Below, piece by piece: positions 24,300 to 36,894 of a stretch of DNA of 64,000 nucleotides; the first letter of the stretch is position 1; every line of letters starts with the position of its first letter. The stretch covers positions 28,738,424-28,802,423 of the forward strand of contig NC_092398.1 in assembly GCF_030028105.1 (NCBI RefSeq), read 5' to 3'. A model generated the notes under the pieces. That model had not been told where the DNA came from. It was given only the letters and a program-made list of their open reading frames with translations, and ran no database searches. The DNA comes from Mobula birostris (Eukaryota). The position numbers and the translations under genes were made by a program.

Positions 24300-25420
24300 C
24301 TCAATCGTAGGAGTTTGAAATGTGACCTTATAAACTTACAGAGGTTTATAAGACCACACTTGGAATATTGTGTTCAGTTATGTTTGCCTCATTATAGGAA
24401 AGCTATCGACACTTTAGAGAAAATGCAGAGGAGATTTATCAGGATGTTGTCTGTTCTGGAGGGCCTGTCTTATGAGGACCGTTTGAGTAAGCTAGGGTTT
24501 CTCTCTTTGGAGCAAATAAGATGATGGAGGTGTAAAATGATAAGAGGCATAGATGAGGTAGATAGCCAGAGACTCTTTCCCAGGGTCCTTCCACTTCCTT
24601 TCCCTTGCGCCCTTAACTCCTGGTGGAGTCGTCGGGGCGCCATCATGAAAAGCTTTGCACCAGTCTGTTCCACCTGTCACGGTTGTGTGCCAGAGCCTGG
24701 GTCACCACAAATGTTTTCCCTGTCCACTCTTTAATGTTGTCCGTCCACCTTTTCCTCTGTCTACCTCTCCTTCTGTCTAAGAGGAATAGATAGAGTGGAT
24801 AGCCAGCGCCTCTTCCCCAGGGCACCACTGCTCAATACAAGAGGACATGGCTTTAAGGTAAGGGGTGGGAAGTTCAAGGGGGATATTAGAGGAAGGTTTT
24901 TTACTCAGAGAGTGGTTGGTGCGTGGAATGCACTGTCTGAGTCAGCTGTGGAGGCAGATACACTAGTGAAGTTTAAGAGATTACTAGACAGGTATATGGA
25001 GGAATTTAAGGTGGGGAGTTATATGGGAGGCAGGGTCTGAGGGTCGGCACAACATTGTGGGCCGAAGGGCCTGTACTGTGCTGTACTATTCTATGTTCTA
25101 TGTTCTTTTCCCCTCCACACTTCCTTGTAGAATGGTCTTTGCAAGGCCACTGGATCTTGTTACGTGGCCGTACCATCTCATTTTTCTTTTTTTCACCGTT
25201 GTGAGAAGGTCTTCATGACCGCAGCCGATTTCCCTCAACTAGGTGGCTGCCCTTGGTCGTGAACACGTGGCCGTTATAGTTAATCTGAGAACCTTTCCGC
25301 CCAGTGATGCCGTGTTAACACCACCCCCTCATGGAAGTCATTCGCCCAGTGGTGCCGTGTTAACACCACCCCCTCAGGTGGTTAAATCCGCCAGCTGAAG
25401 CGGTTTACCAGGGCATGGCG
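24300..25420. mobile_element. Nested CR1 3' ends (+) and RTE-type fragments (-)
   Basis: RPHLEYCVQL..LEKMQRRFIRML and RGRFFTQRVVGAWN (CR1). RQRKRWTDNIKEW (RTE) at 24640-24780. Confidence 0.7.
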
Positions 25421-26149
25421 CTTGGAGCCAACACCTCTATCCAGCGCCCCCTATACCCCAGGGTGGAAATCCCTAATAAGAGAGGGTATAATTTTAAGGT
25501 GATAAATGGAAAGTATGGGGGGGGGGGGAGGGATGTCAGAGATTCCCTCCCTCCCCCCACTACCAGCGTTGGTGGTAGAGACAGATATATTAGGGGCTTT
25601 TAAGAAACTCTTAGATAGTCACATGGGTGATAAAAAAAATGGAGATGTATGTGGGAGTGTAGAGTAGATTGATCTTGGAGTAGGTTTAAAGGTTGGCAAA
25701 ACATCTTGCACCAAAGGGTCTGTCTGTGCTCTAATGTTCTGTGATGTCATGAGGGACATAGAGAAGGTGAATACAATCTTTTTCTCCAGGTCGGGCAGAA
25801 GAGAGAAAGTGAGAAAGAAAGACTTATAAGACTTTACGCCCACGGAACCTCGTGACCATTCCCCTGTTTCCACAGTGTCCCTCCCCCACTCTCCCCTTCC
25901 CTGCTGAGTCACAGAGGCAGATTGAGTGCGCGGAACAGGCCCTTCCGGCCCATTAATCCGTGCCATTCAGCAAACCACTCATGTAGCACTGGCCTAATCA
26001 CATAATACATTTGCAAAAACCAATAACCTACCAGGTGGTAGATATTTGGATTGTGAGCGGAAACCGGAGCACTTGGAGGAGAAAATCCATACGTTCACGG
26101 GACGGATGTACAAACTCTTTTCAGAAGACGTCGGCATTGAACTTCGAAC

Positions 26150-26590
26150 GCTGCCGGAGCAGTGCTGCCAGGATAATAAAGGACACGACCCACATTGCCA
26201 ACAGACTTTTCGTCCCTCTTCCCTCCGAGAGAAGGCTCAGGAGCTTGAAGACTCGTACGGCCAGATTTGTGGAACAGCTTCTTTCCAACTGTGATAAGAC
26301 TGATGAACGGATCCTGACCAGGACCTGGGCCGTACCCTCCAAATATCCGGACCTGCCTCTCGGTTTTTTTGCACTACCTTACTTCCCATTTTTCAATTTT
26401 CTATTTATGGTTTATAATTTAAAATTTTCATATTTACTAATTTTTACTATTTTTAATATTTTTAATGTTTAATATTTGTAATCCAGGGAGCGGGAAGCAC
26501 AGAATCAAATATCGCTGTGATGATTGTACGTTCTAGTATCAATTGTTTGGTGCCAATAAAGTATAAAGTATAAAAGTATAAAAAGTATAA
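26150..26590 (+). mobile_element. 5'-truncated Rex1/Babar/L2-type LINE 3' end
   Basis: AARIIKDTTHIANRLFVPLPSERRLRSLKTRT and a (TAAAGTA)n tail. Absent at the unit D site (~58475). Confidence 0.75.
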
Positions 26591-29500
26591 CTCCGATGCA
26601 ACGAGCTGTAATCGCTTCGAGCTGTCTGCGACGCGACTATGGCGCTGTAGGTCGGTTACCGAGCAAGAATCACTGAGAAAAGCAGCAAATATATTGGGAG
26701 GTGGAGACACAGAAACCGGCTTTCAGTGTGTAGGAGAGCGAAGTGTTTCACAAAAAAAAAAGAAAATGCGGAAAATAGGCAACCCTGCTTCTCTCTGAGC
26801 CATAACAGGTTGATAATATATTAGTTTTAAGAGACATGCTAACAGAAAGCCAGGATTCTCAGTTAAAATGTGGTAGTGAGCAACAGATAATATCATCTCT
26901 GCAATGGGTGGTCCTAACCACAACTGTAAAAGAAGGAGACTTGGGCATGGGACCAACAAACTATTTCCGTAAAAACCCAGGGATGCAGAAACGCCCACAG
27001 AACACATCGCTGGGAGAGGAAAGATCTTGGCATAGCAGATGATTGAAGTAGTCTGGAAAACAATGGGACGGCACAGGATCGATTTCTGTCCAATCGGCCC
27101 AGGTCTGAGGATCCTGGCAAGTTGTGCTGGCGGCCTACGTCGCAGTAAGGGTTATGGGATTTAAGAAGGAAAGGAAGACTTAACATTTGGTCACTTTACT
27201 GACAACATCCCAGGCCAAGTTCCTAGGCCACGTGCACATGAACTGAGAGACATCGCAAGGACATCTTCAACACCACTCATCCAGGACATATACCGTACAT
27301 ATAGAAGTGGGCCGGAAAAGAGTCACTAACATCAAGAAGGATCACAGCCATCAGACTGTTAAACCCACTCCACTGATGGAGAAGGCTACTTATGCCCACG
27401 GCAGGACCACAAGCAGTTATTTTCCCCAAGCAGTAAGTCTGAATAACGTCTCCACCCACTAACCCACCCCTGCAGACCCTCAGCCACCAATAGTTTATCA
27501 CCTTAACTACCGACAGCCCAGTACCTAGCGTCCTTTATGGAGATGGGTAAGAATGCTTTGGTTTTACGATTGTATCCTTTATTTACTAGCATTTATTTGT
27601 GCTGCACCGGACCCGGAGTAATAAGAACTTCGTTCTACTTTACATCTATGTACTAGAAATGCCGTTAAGCAACCTTCCATCTTGCATAAACCTGTGTTTT
27701 GTAGCCGTGTTAATGATCATACTGCAGAATAGGTTAATTTCAAATTGCTGTTATTGAGAGGTGATAACAGCATGTCTTACTTTCAGGCCAGACAGAATGT
27801 TAGAGGAACTCAGCGTTTCAGGCAGAATTTATGGAGGAGGAAAATCAGTTGCTGTTTCGGTCAGAGACTCTTTATCAACATAGCGAAGCAAGGGGGCAGA
27901 AGCCGGAATACCCAGTGAGTAGTGGGTGCTTGTGCAGGGAATATTCTGGGTTAATGTTAATTTAGCAGATATTAATTCAATCGAGAACCAGATCTCAGGT
28001 CATATTGTAACTGGCAAGCATTAAATTGAAGTTAAAAGGACTGGCGGCCTAGATATGGAAAGAAAATGTTTGTGAAATAGTGACGATGAGACGTTTTACA
28101 TCCACAACAGCCGAGCGGATCAAATGGATCACAGTGAGAATAATTTATTGGAGTAAGCAACCTAATTGTAACGATCGTAATAGCATTGAATCACCTCCAT
28201 ATATATCTGCTCTGAACGACCAGAAACATGAAGCACTTTTGTGCGACTTTGCCGAGAAGGACATAGAGGCGAGGCTGCTTGTTGTGATGAATATCATCAT
28301 CTTCAGTGTGTCTCCGGTGACTCAGCAGGAATGGAAAGGAAGAGGGCAGAGGCAGTATTACGAGTGCGTACTGTGAGCCTGGACGAGCAGCAGTTGGTAC
28401 CAAGACGGGACTGTCTGTAGTCGAGAAGGAGGCAAGTACGAAATAAGCGTTGAAAGGGCTTCAGGACGGGCACAGGATAGAGGTACAGGAGCGTTATAAC
28501 CTGCAGTTCCATCATGGCCAACGGCCGCAAACCTCTGGCTGTGAAACAGCAGATGACCCTGCCACCACCGGGTCTCGTCACCAGGACAAGAGCTGTTTAC
28601 AGTTTCCTGTTTAACTCTGCTGAGCAGTTCACCGATATTGAGTTATATTTCTCAGCTTACTTTTTCATCTGACGTGTGTCATGTACGTTCTGTGATGTGC
28701 TCCGTGGTCCCGAGGAAGAATGTATTGTTTGATCATATATAAGTATCACATGATGAGAATAAACGTGAATTTTGGAAGGAGTATGTTTAAATGCCACGTC
28801 GATTTTATATATATCACGCACTGCGTGGTAGCTGACTGGAATGCGTTGCGAAACAGAGTCAGAGATAGTTATAGAAAAGCAATATCTGAAAATATGTGGA
28901 AGAACACAAACGCAAGCGGAGGTTGGGGTGCCATGTGTATTTACCATTACCTTTGACATGATTGTATAGAAACAGAGCCAGAACACTTCTCCTGAGTGGC
29001 AATCCAAAACACCAGAGAATATGGAATCAAAGTGAGAACGCGGATATTTCAAAGGAGTCTTCCAGTGCAATCGCTTTCACATCGAGAGTGATGAATGCCA
29101 GGAACGCGTTACCGGGATCGGCGGCGCAGGTACTTTGTAACTGCAGCGGTTCTGCGATGTTTAGAGATGTAGACATGTGAATTGTGTAATATCCATTATA
29201 TGCCGGCACAAACGGTTATTTGAAAATGCTGGGATAATAATTCAGAAATTGGCGGTGTGTGCATGTGTAGGAAGTTTCTCGAAGGATTCTGCACGACGTA
29301 CGCAATTTGGGGATTTGGGAGCAACATACCAGATGGAGGTTAATACGGAATCAATGGCCTGCTGCACACTGTGTGTGGGGTGAGGTTAAATGCAATCATA
29401 AAATATTTATTGTATGTGCTGGATACTTAGAGGCTTTGATGTACAGTAGGAACTTTGGCACGAGCTCGATGTCTTTCTGAACATAACAATGCACGTAGAG

Positions 29501-32148
29501 ATGTTGGCAAAGAAGGCGTATGCATCATTCCATTAACTGGTCGTGTTTTTAGTGATGGGTTTAGGAAGTCATGCAACAGCTGCGTGAATAATTAAACGTC
29601 GATATCTCTAACTTCCAGTTCATTCTCCCCCTCTACTCTCCCCTCTTCTTTAATTCTCCACTCTTCCTGCACTTACTCCCTCTCTTTCCCCCACTACGCA
29701 TTTCCTCCGACTACAGCCCTTCCCTTTCTCCCATGATCCATTCACTTTTCAGATCTGATTCCTTCTTCTGCTATTAGTCTTCCACTTATCACCTCCTAAC
29801 ACTGTTTCGCACCCCCTCTCCTATTTACCTGACTTTATCTGTCACATTCTAGCTTGTACACTTTCCCCTCTGCCCTCCTTCTTACTCTGGTTTCTTTCCC
29901 CTTGCTTTCCAGTTTTGATGAAGGGTACCGGAAACCTCGACTGTTTGTTCATTGATATAGATCCCGCCTGAGCTAATGAGTCCCTCCAGGATTTTGTATG
30001 CATTGCTGCGGATGCCTAGCTTCTGAAGAAACTCTAGACTGCATAAATAATTGTTTTGGCCATCGTTTAATTGCCCGTCTAACCATCACTTAGATAGAGT
30101 ATTGATCAAGCAGACATTGAACACGCAGACACACACGAGCAGTTTAAATTAGCGTTATTGATGGCATCGACATCATGGGCCGAACGGCCTTTCCCTGTGC
30201 AGCACTGATCTGTGTTCATCATTTTCAATCACGTATTTATAAAACTGATTTGAGTGCGTATTCTTTGATTCGATAACCTGGACCAGACAGCCTCGTTTGC
30301 CATAGTTCTTGAGAGACAGACACAATGGTAGAACGCGCAGACAAATGCTAATAATATACTCCGCGACACAGAAGCTTGTCTTTTATAATGGAGCGGGAAA
30401 TTGACGGAGGAAGTTTCATTTTAACAGTATTTTATTTTTCATTCTTATCGATACAGCAGGGTAGCAGGGGTTTGCACCAGAACCTTCACGTCTTTGGAAT
30501 GTGAATGCATTTGGAAGAAACCCACGTCGTCAACGACAGAACATAGAAAATTCATAGAGACGGCTGCGGTGACTGAAACCGCTTTAAACCGCGTTCGACT
30601 AGGTGGGCAGCACCGGTTTCTTACTCTTCATTCCGAATAGTTTCTCTCAAAATGTGAGTGAATGGAAGTTTCACCACCTCTCGCATCTGCTCCCGGAACT
30701 TCCTCTGGGTAAAGGCGTAAAGAGCCGTGTTTGTGCAGCAGCTCAGCAGCTGCAGCATGTAGCCCAGCTCCCTTGTGGTCTCAGGTGGGATCCCAGCACC
30801 AAAATATAGCAAACGCTTCCACACAGTGTGCACAACATAAAGCATCCACAACACTATGAAATTCGCCGACACGACCGACAGTAAAATGATCGACTTCCTT
30901 CGGTTCTCTATCTCCGGGTCCTTGGAACTATCCCCACTGTTGTGACTCCAGAGTCTCCTCCGAGATCTGCTCGCCACTAACACGTGTCTGATGATCAAAG
31001 CATTGAGCAGCAGAATGACCACAAACGGGATCACAGGCGTCAGGAAGTAGCTACTGAACTCAACCAATGTCTAGGCCTCTAAGCGATGTAAAATAAATCT
31101 TTCTATGCAAAACCGAGGGATGTTAGAGAGGCTATAACTTACAAAGAGCATAAAATACCAGAAAATGTTCTTCAAGCAGCTCAGCGCGGCCACAGTCCGT
31201 AGAACCACAGCCGCCGTTCTCTCGGTGTAGTATTTAGCTTTCAGATTCTGGCAGCGAATAGCCACAAATCGGTCAAAGGTGAACATGACGGTAAACCAGA
31301 CGGAACAGTCGTTGGCTGCGTAAAGTAGGACGGCGTGGACATTACAAATGGGGATGTTCACCAGGAATTCAAAAGATTCCGAATAAACAATCGGAATCTG
31401 CCTCAGTACCAGGTCTAAGATAACAACCAGGAGATCCGCTGCCATGGCCATCAGATAACGAGTGACTCCTTTAGAAAGACCGCACTTTCCCCGGGACAGG
31501 ACCACAATCGTCAGCACGTTCACTATTGGGATTGAAGGAAACACCATCTTGTCAGTGGGGAAGTAGAAATGTCGGCCAAGTTACAGACAGGAAATTTGGA
31601 AACATGTTTTTGAACCAAGACGTGTAGACTGTAGTTTTCCAGCATCAGCGATGTCTGCAGGGGACGAGGATGAGAGCTCAGTGAAGTCAACAAAGGACGG
31701 GAAAATAACGTCATCACATCAACAAACGAAGATCTGAGAAGAAGTGTTCCCGGATTTCGGTGACGATGGATTTGGAATAGGGGTCCGAATTGGTCATTGA
31801 ATTGGAATTGCTTTACTGTTACCAAACTGGTATGACAAGGTACAGGGAAACACGCGTCTCCACACTGTGCAGACAGATCAATACATTACTGTACTCAGTG
31901 CTTTGAGACTGTGCCGTAAGTTCAGCTCCAGCTCTCAGGCTTCTTCTGCCGGTCCCTTAAATTTAAACAATATTCCTCAAACGAGAATTGGGAAGTCGTC
32001 TATTTTAAACTACACTCTAACCTGATGAGTTCTATATCTGAAACTTTAAGAGATAGAGACTCAGTTAAAACTTGTAAACTCCAGCTCAGAACCTGTTAAT
32101 TTAACGTTGTTTTTAAATAAAATATTTTGTCTGTTGTTATTTCAGTTT

Positions 32149-32415
32149 TTGCAAACTCTTCAGTAGTTGCATAGACACCCGAAGAGCAGACTATCTGCTG
32201 GATGGAAGTGACCAACAACTCTGATAGAGGCAGATGCCAAGTTTTTAAGCTCACCAGTGGGAGATGGTGCTTTAGCACTGCTGGCCCACCACCTCGAGGG
32301 AGTCTTGATCATAAGCGGGCCGAAACTCCTGAAGACAGGTGGCAGATCAATTGATGATCCCACTGGTGATAGCACAGGACAGTTAACATCTTAGTCCACG
32401 TGTATTTTGTAACTC
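32149..32415 (+). repeat. 5' copy of the HERO 3' UTR (direct terminal repeat)
   Basis: Matches 35997-36237 with about a dozen substitutions and one ~25-nt indel. Confidence 0.9.
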
Positions 32416-35400
32416 TTTTGTTCTGCACACCAGTGACTACCAGGAATAGTCTGGTTGGCAACCGGGAATAGTTCAGTGTCAGCGTGGAGAGACAATGGAC
32501 AACCAGGAAAGACTGGCACCGGGGGTGTCAGGATTGGCAGTCTGGGCACCAGCTCAGAAGAGCACCCACCTCTTGAAGCTTTAGTTTATATGGAGAAACA
32601 TATCCTCGGAGTCCTCCGAGAGGGAGGGAGAATGATGGACCCAATCGGACGGCTGCAATTAATTACAGGGAACGACTATGGCCAAGAGCTAGGATAAGAG
32701 GCTCTGAGTGTCCGGTATGTTGGTGTGGGAGAGCGTTTTCCAGCATTAAAGGTTTACGAGTCCACCAAGCAAAGTTGAGGTGCTAATACATCCCAGTGGA
32801 TGAAGATGAGATTACTTCACTAAGCACAGATGATGTGGTCTTTTCAACCTCTCATTCACAAGCCACAGCGATTCGCTCTGGAGAGTCATCATACTCCAGG
32901 TCAGACGAGAGATAACCCAGGTCAGGTTTCAGACCACAGTACCCAGGTAGATCCTTCGCATGATGGCAGCGGTGTAGAGATAGAGAAGAAGAGGAAGGTC
33001 AAGTGGTCAGCAATGGCAGATGAGAAGGCTTGGCGTGTGTTTGATGAGGATATCAGTATGATGCTGGAGAACACTCTCAGGGGAACATCAAAGAGAAATT
33101 TGGAAGTGATGGGCGATATGATTTACGATGTTGGAAAGTACAGGTTTGGTTTGGTTGAGTTGAAGAAAGCAAAGCCTTCAAGCAGGCGGCAGAAGGAGAT
33201 TAGTAGGTTGAGAAGAGAGCTTAGATCGTTGAGACAGAGGTGGAAGGTAGCAAGTGAGGGTGACAAACTAGGGCTTGCTGATCTCCGAGAGCATTTTCGA
33301 ATAAAGTTAAGATCACTCCGTCGTGCAGAGTCACAACATAAAAATAGAAAGAAGAGAGGGAAGGCAAGAAAGTCATTCTTTGAGAACCCTCACGTGTTCA
33401 CAAAGAAACTGTTTGAACAAAGTAAGAGTGGGCAGCTTAACATCTCTCAACAAGAACTTGAGGATCAGCTGGCAAGCACGTACTCTAACGAACAGCGGAA
33501 GGCTCCTTTGCTTGACATTTCAGGACTTGTGAAGCCTACCAAGCCAAGAGTGAAGTTCGATCTGTCAGAACCCAAAATGGCAGAAGTCGAACGGCTCATC
33601 AGAAAGGCAAGGTCGGGCTCAGTGCCAGGACCTAATAGAGTGCCATATAAGGTGTTCAAGAAGTGTGAACAGCTGAGGAAATACTTGTGGAGATTGTTAA
33701 AGGTGGTGTGGAGACAAGGTGTTGTTCCTTGGAGTGAGGCTGAAGGAGTATACATCCCGAAGGAAAATAATTCTTCTACATTGAATCAGTTACGACCAAT
33801 TTCACTCCTGAATGTAGAAGGGAAGATTATGTTTGGCATTCTGGCAGAAAGAATATCTTCATTTGTGATAGAGAATGGATTAGTAAATGCATTTGTGCAA
33901 AAGGCAGGAGTACCAGGCTTCCCAGGATGCCTTGAACATTCTAGTATGATATGGCATACCATCCAGGAGTCTAAAAGGTTGAGAAGAAATCTGGCTGAAG
34001 TTTGGCTTGATCTGGAAAATGCGTATGGTTCTGTTCCCCATGTCCTGATTGAGTTTGCAATGGAATTGCTATGGATTCCTGCTAAGGTGAGGAACTTTGT
34101 TATGCAGTACTACAATGATTTCTGGATGAGGTTTTCCACTCAGCAGTTTACAACTAGGTGGCAGAGCTTGGATGTTGGAATCCCAATGAGATGTGCAATT
34201 TCACCCATCCTTTTCGTGTTAGTCATGGAGGTCAGTGTGAAGCCTACAGAATCAGTGGGATCTGGTGTCGCACTTGATGGCGGACAGGATTTACCACCAA
34301 TACGAGCGCTCATGGATGATCTTACCCTTTTGGGTCCCAGCACGGAGGCAATGGAAAATGTACTATCTAGACTCGAGGAACTAATGGATTGGGGAAGAAT
34401 GAAGTTCAAGACCAGGTAGTCAAGGAGCCTTGTTCTTAGGAGAGGAAAGCTGGTTGACTTTAATTTCACCCTTTGTGGAGAGGAGATTCCATCCATTCAG
34501 GACCAACCAGTTAAGAGCCTCGGGCGATGGTACACAGAGGAGCTGAGAGACATCAAGAGGGTTCAAGAGACAGGAGAACAGATCAGCAGAGGTCTGATGT
34601 CCGTTGACAAGTGTGGCTTACCTGGCAAGTTGAAGTTGTGGTGCTTGCAGTACGTAGACTGATGCCACGGATAATGTGGCCACTAACTGTCTATGAAGTG
34701 GCAATGTCCCATGTTGAGGCAATGGAATGGAAGATCAACAAGTATGTGAAGGAGTGGCTTGGAATACCGAGCAGCCTCACCAATGTTGCAATCCACAGTA
34801 GCCAGACAAAGCTTACCATCCCAGTTCAATCCCTTGTTGAGGACGTCAAGGTAGCCAAGGTAAGATCATTCTTGATGCTTCGAGACTCAAAAGACCCTGT
34901 CATCAAGAACACCCAGCCGGATGCAAGATCAGGCAGGAAGTGGTCAGCCCGTGTAGCAGTTGATGAGGCCGAGTGTAGATTGAAGCACAAGGAGATGGTT
35001 GGGTCTATCCAGCTAGGCCGCCAGGGACTTGGATGGACAACCCACAAACGGTGGTCATCTTCTACAGGTAAGGAGGGCCGTGCGCTTGTAACACAGGAAA
35101 TACGAGAGGTAGAAGAGGAGAAGAGGTTAACTAAAACAGCTGGCCTGGCCAAACAAGGGGCTTGGACCCAGAGGGAAAGTGTTGAACAACGACATCTATC
35201 TTGGAATGTTCTGTGGCAGATGGAACCGCTCCGCATTTCTTTTCTATACAGAGCAACGTACGATCTGCTCCCAACACCTGCCAACCTCAGCACCTGGTTT
35301 GAAGGTAAGACAGACAGGTGTGCTGCTTGTGGCGAGAAGGGAACACTTCAACATATTTTGAATGCATGCAGAGTCAATCTTTCCAACGGCATGTACACTT

Positions 35401-35996
35401 GGAGACATAACAACGTTCTCAAAGTTGTAACAGAAGCGGTTGAGCAGAGAGTACTGCAGCACAACTTATCTCATGCCCCATGCTGCACAGAACATCCATA
35501 TCATTTGTGAAACAAGGCTCCAAGTCAAGGGTGTACAGCATAGGCTCACGATCAAGCATACTTTCTTCAGCCAATGATTGGTGTGTCAAGGCCAACCTGG
35601 ATGGGAAGGGCAGTTTCCCGGAACAAATAACTTTCACCACATTACGTCCAGATATAATCGTATGGTCTGACACCAGTAGGGAAGCGGTTATTGGTGAACT
35701 CACAGTCCCCTGGGAAGATAACTTCGATGAAGCCCATGAGCGCAAGTTAACGAAGTATGCAGAATTAAGATCAGAGTGCAGAGACAGAGGGTGGAAGGTC
35801 TCGTGCTATCCATTCGAAGTAGTCTGTCGTAGGTTTATTGCATTTATTTTCCGGAAGTGGCTGCGTGACCTTGGCTTCACTAGAAGAGAGATCAAGTCAA
35901 CCAGCAGGGCTGTAGCTGAGGCAGCAGAGAAAGGATCAGCACAGGTGTGGACAAGTATGTCCAGAGGGGCAGATAGTCAGACAGTGTATACATATC

Positions 35997-36237
35997 TTGC
36001 AAACCCTTCAGTAGTTGCATAGACACCTGAAGAGCAGACTATCTGTTGGAGGCAGATGCCAAGTTTTTAAGCTCACCAGTGGGAGGTCGTGCTTTAGCAC
36101 TGCTGGCCCACCACTTCGAGGGAGTCTTGATCATAAGCGGGCCGAAACTCCTGAAGATAGATGGCAGATCAACTGATGATCCCACTGGTGAGAGCACAGG
36201 ACAGTTAACATCTTAGTCCACGTGTACTTTGTAACTC
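35997..36237 (+). repeat. HERO 3' UTR / 3' direct terminal repeat
   Basis: Matches 32149-32415. Confidence 0.9.
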
Positions 36238-36886
36238 ATTTTGTATTTTGAAAACACATTGAAACTTCATCGTCTATATGAACAATGCCCTTTAAATATT
36301 ATTAATGTTTAAAGAAAACATGGAGACACATGTAATTGACTCCATCCGGTCAATATATCAGAGGTTCATCACCCGAAGTTCAGTCAGTGAGGGCGATCGA
36401 ATGTGTTAACCGGAACATATAATTAAATCTCCAACAATCAGAACCTCTTTACCGGAGTCCGTGACCACTACTCGCCAATCTCTCATTCGTCGAATCGGTG
36501 AACAGGAACGTACCGGGAAATGCAACCAAAGCGAGAACGGGATAGTAGACGGGCTGAATTGTCACGAGTAAACACCAGATCCGTATGTCTGCTGTTATCC
36601 ACGGATTTTTCGAAAAAATATAGGGAGCCAGGTAGAAGACACCCTTCCCCGTCGCTGAAACAGTCAATGGTCCTATTTCTCGATCCTGAACCACTTCCGT
36701 CGCTGTTCCCAGATTCTAGTCGGTGACTGGCGCCTCGCACGCTGCAGATCCAACCGTTCACGTAAAATCGCACTTTGATGTTCGCAACTCCCAAATTATT
36801 GTCTTCCGCTGTCCAGCCGCTGCGGTCCTTGTGTGACGGAGGGGTTGCTCTCGTTAGCACTGTGAACCTTCATCGAAAGGTGCAAT

Positions 36887-36894
36887 TTTAAATA
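36887..36894 (-). promoter_or_regulatory. TATA-like box of GPCR copy 1 (paralog at 51754-51761)
   Basis: TATTTAAA ~200 nt upstream of the start codon, conserved in copies 1 and 3. Confidence 0.45.

Larger units (their letters stand above)
32149..36237 (+). mobile_element. Full-length, decayed HERO-clade non-LTR retrotransposon (RT + restriction-like endonuclease)
   Basis: N-terminal finger VCWCGRAFSSIKGLRVHQAKLRC (~32710-32785). RT motifs LRPISLLNVEGK, WLDLENAYGSVPH, ALMDDL. CCHC knuckle CAACGEKGTLQHILNAC. RLE LRPDIIVWS..ELTVPWE..ERKLTKY. In-frame stops and frameshifts. Absent from the orthologous site of unit 3. Confidence 0.9.
30621..36694 (-). pseudogene. GPR139-like: GPR139-like class A GPCR, copy 1 (exon 1 36514-36694, exon 2 30621-31522)
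   Basis: YYPVLALVAFP|VNVLTIVVLSRGKCGLSKG..., FTFDRFVAI, SCCTNTALY. The splice point in TM1 matches the GPR139 two-exon layout. Start codon is GTG (ATG in copy 3), Trp-to-TAG at 31071-31073, HERO element in the intron. Confidence 0.85.

Noticed and set aside
28080-28581. ORFs recurring in each unit (also ~47115-47620 and ~60640-61020)
   Set aside because: Stops and frames differ among units. One frame resembles a decayed LINE C-terminus (RYRSVIT..KPLAVKQQ).
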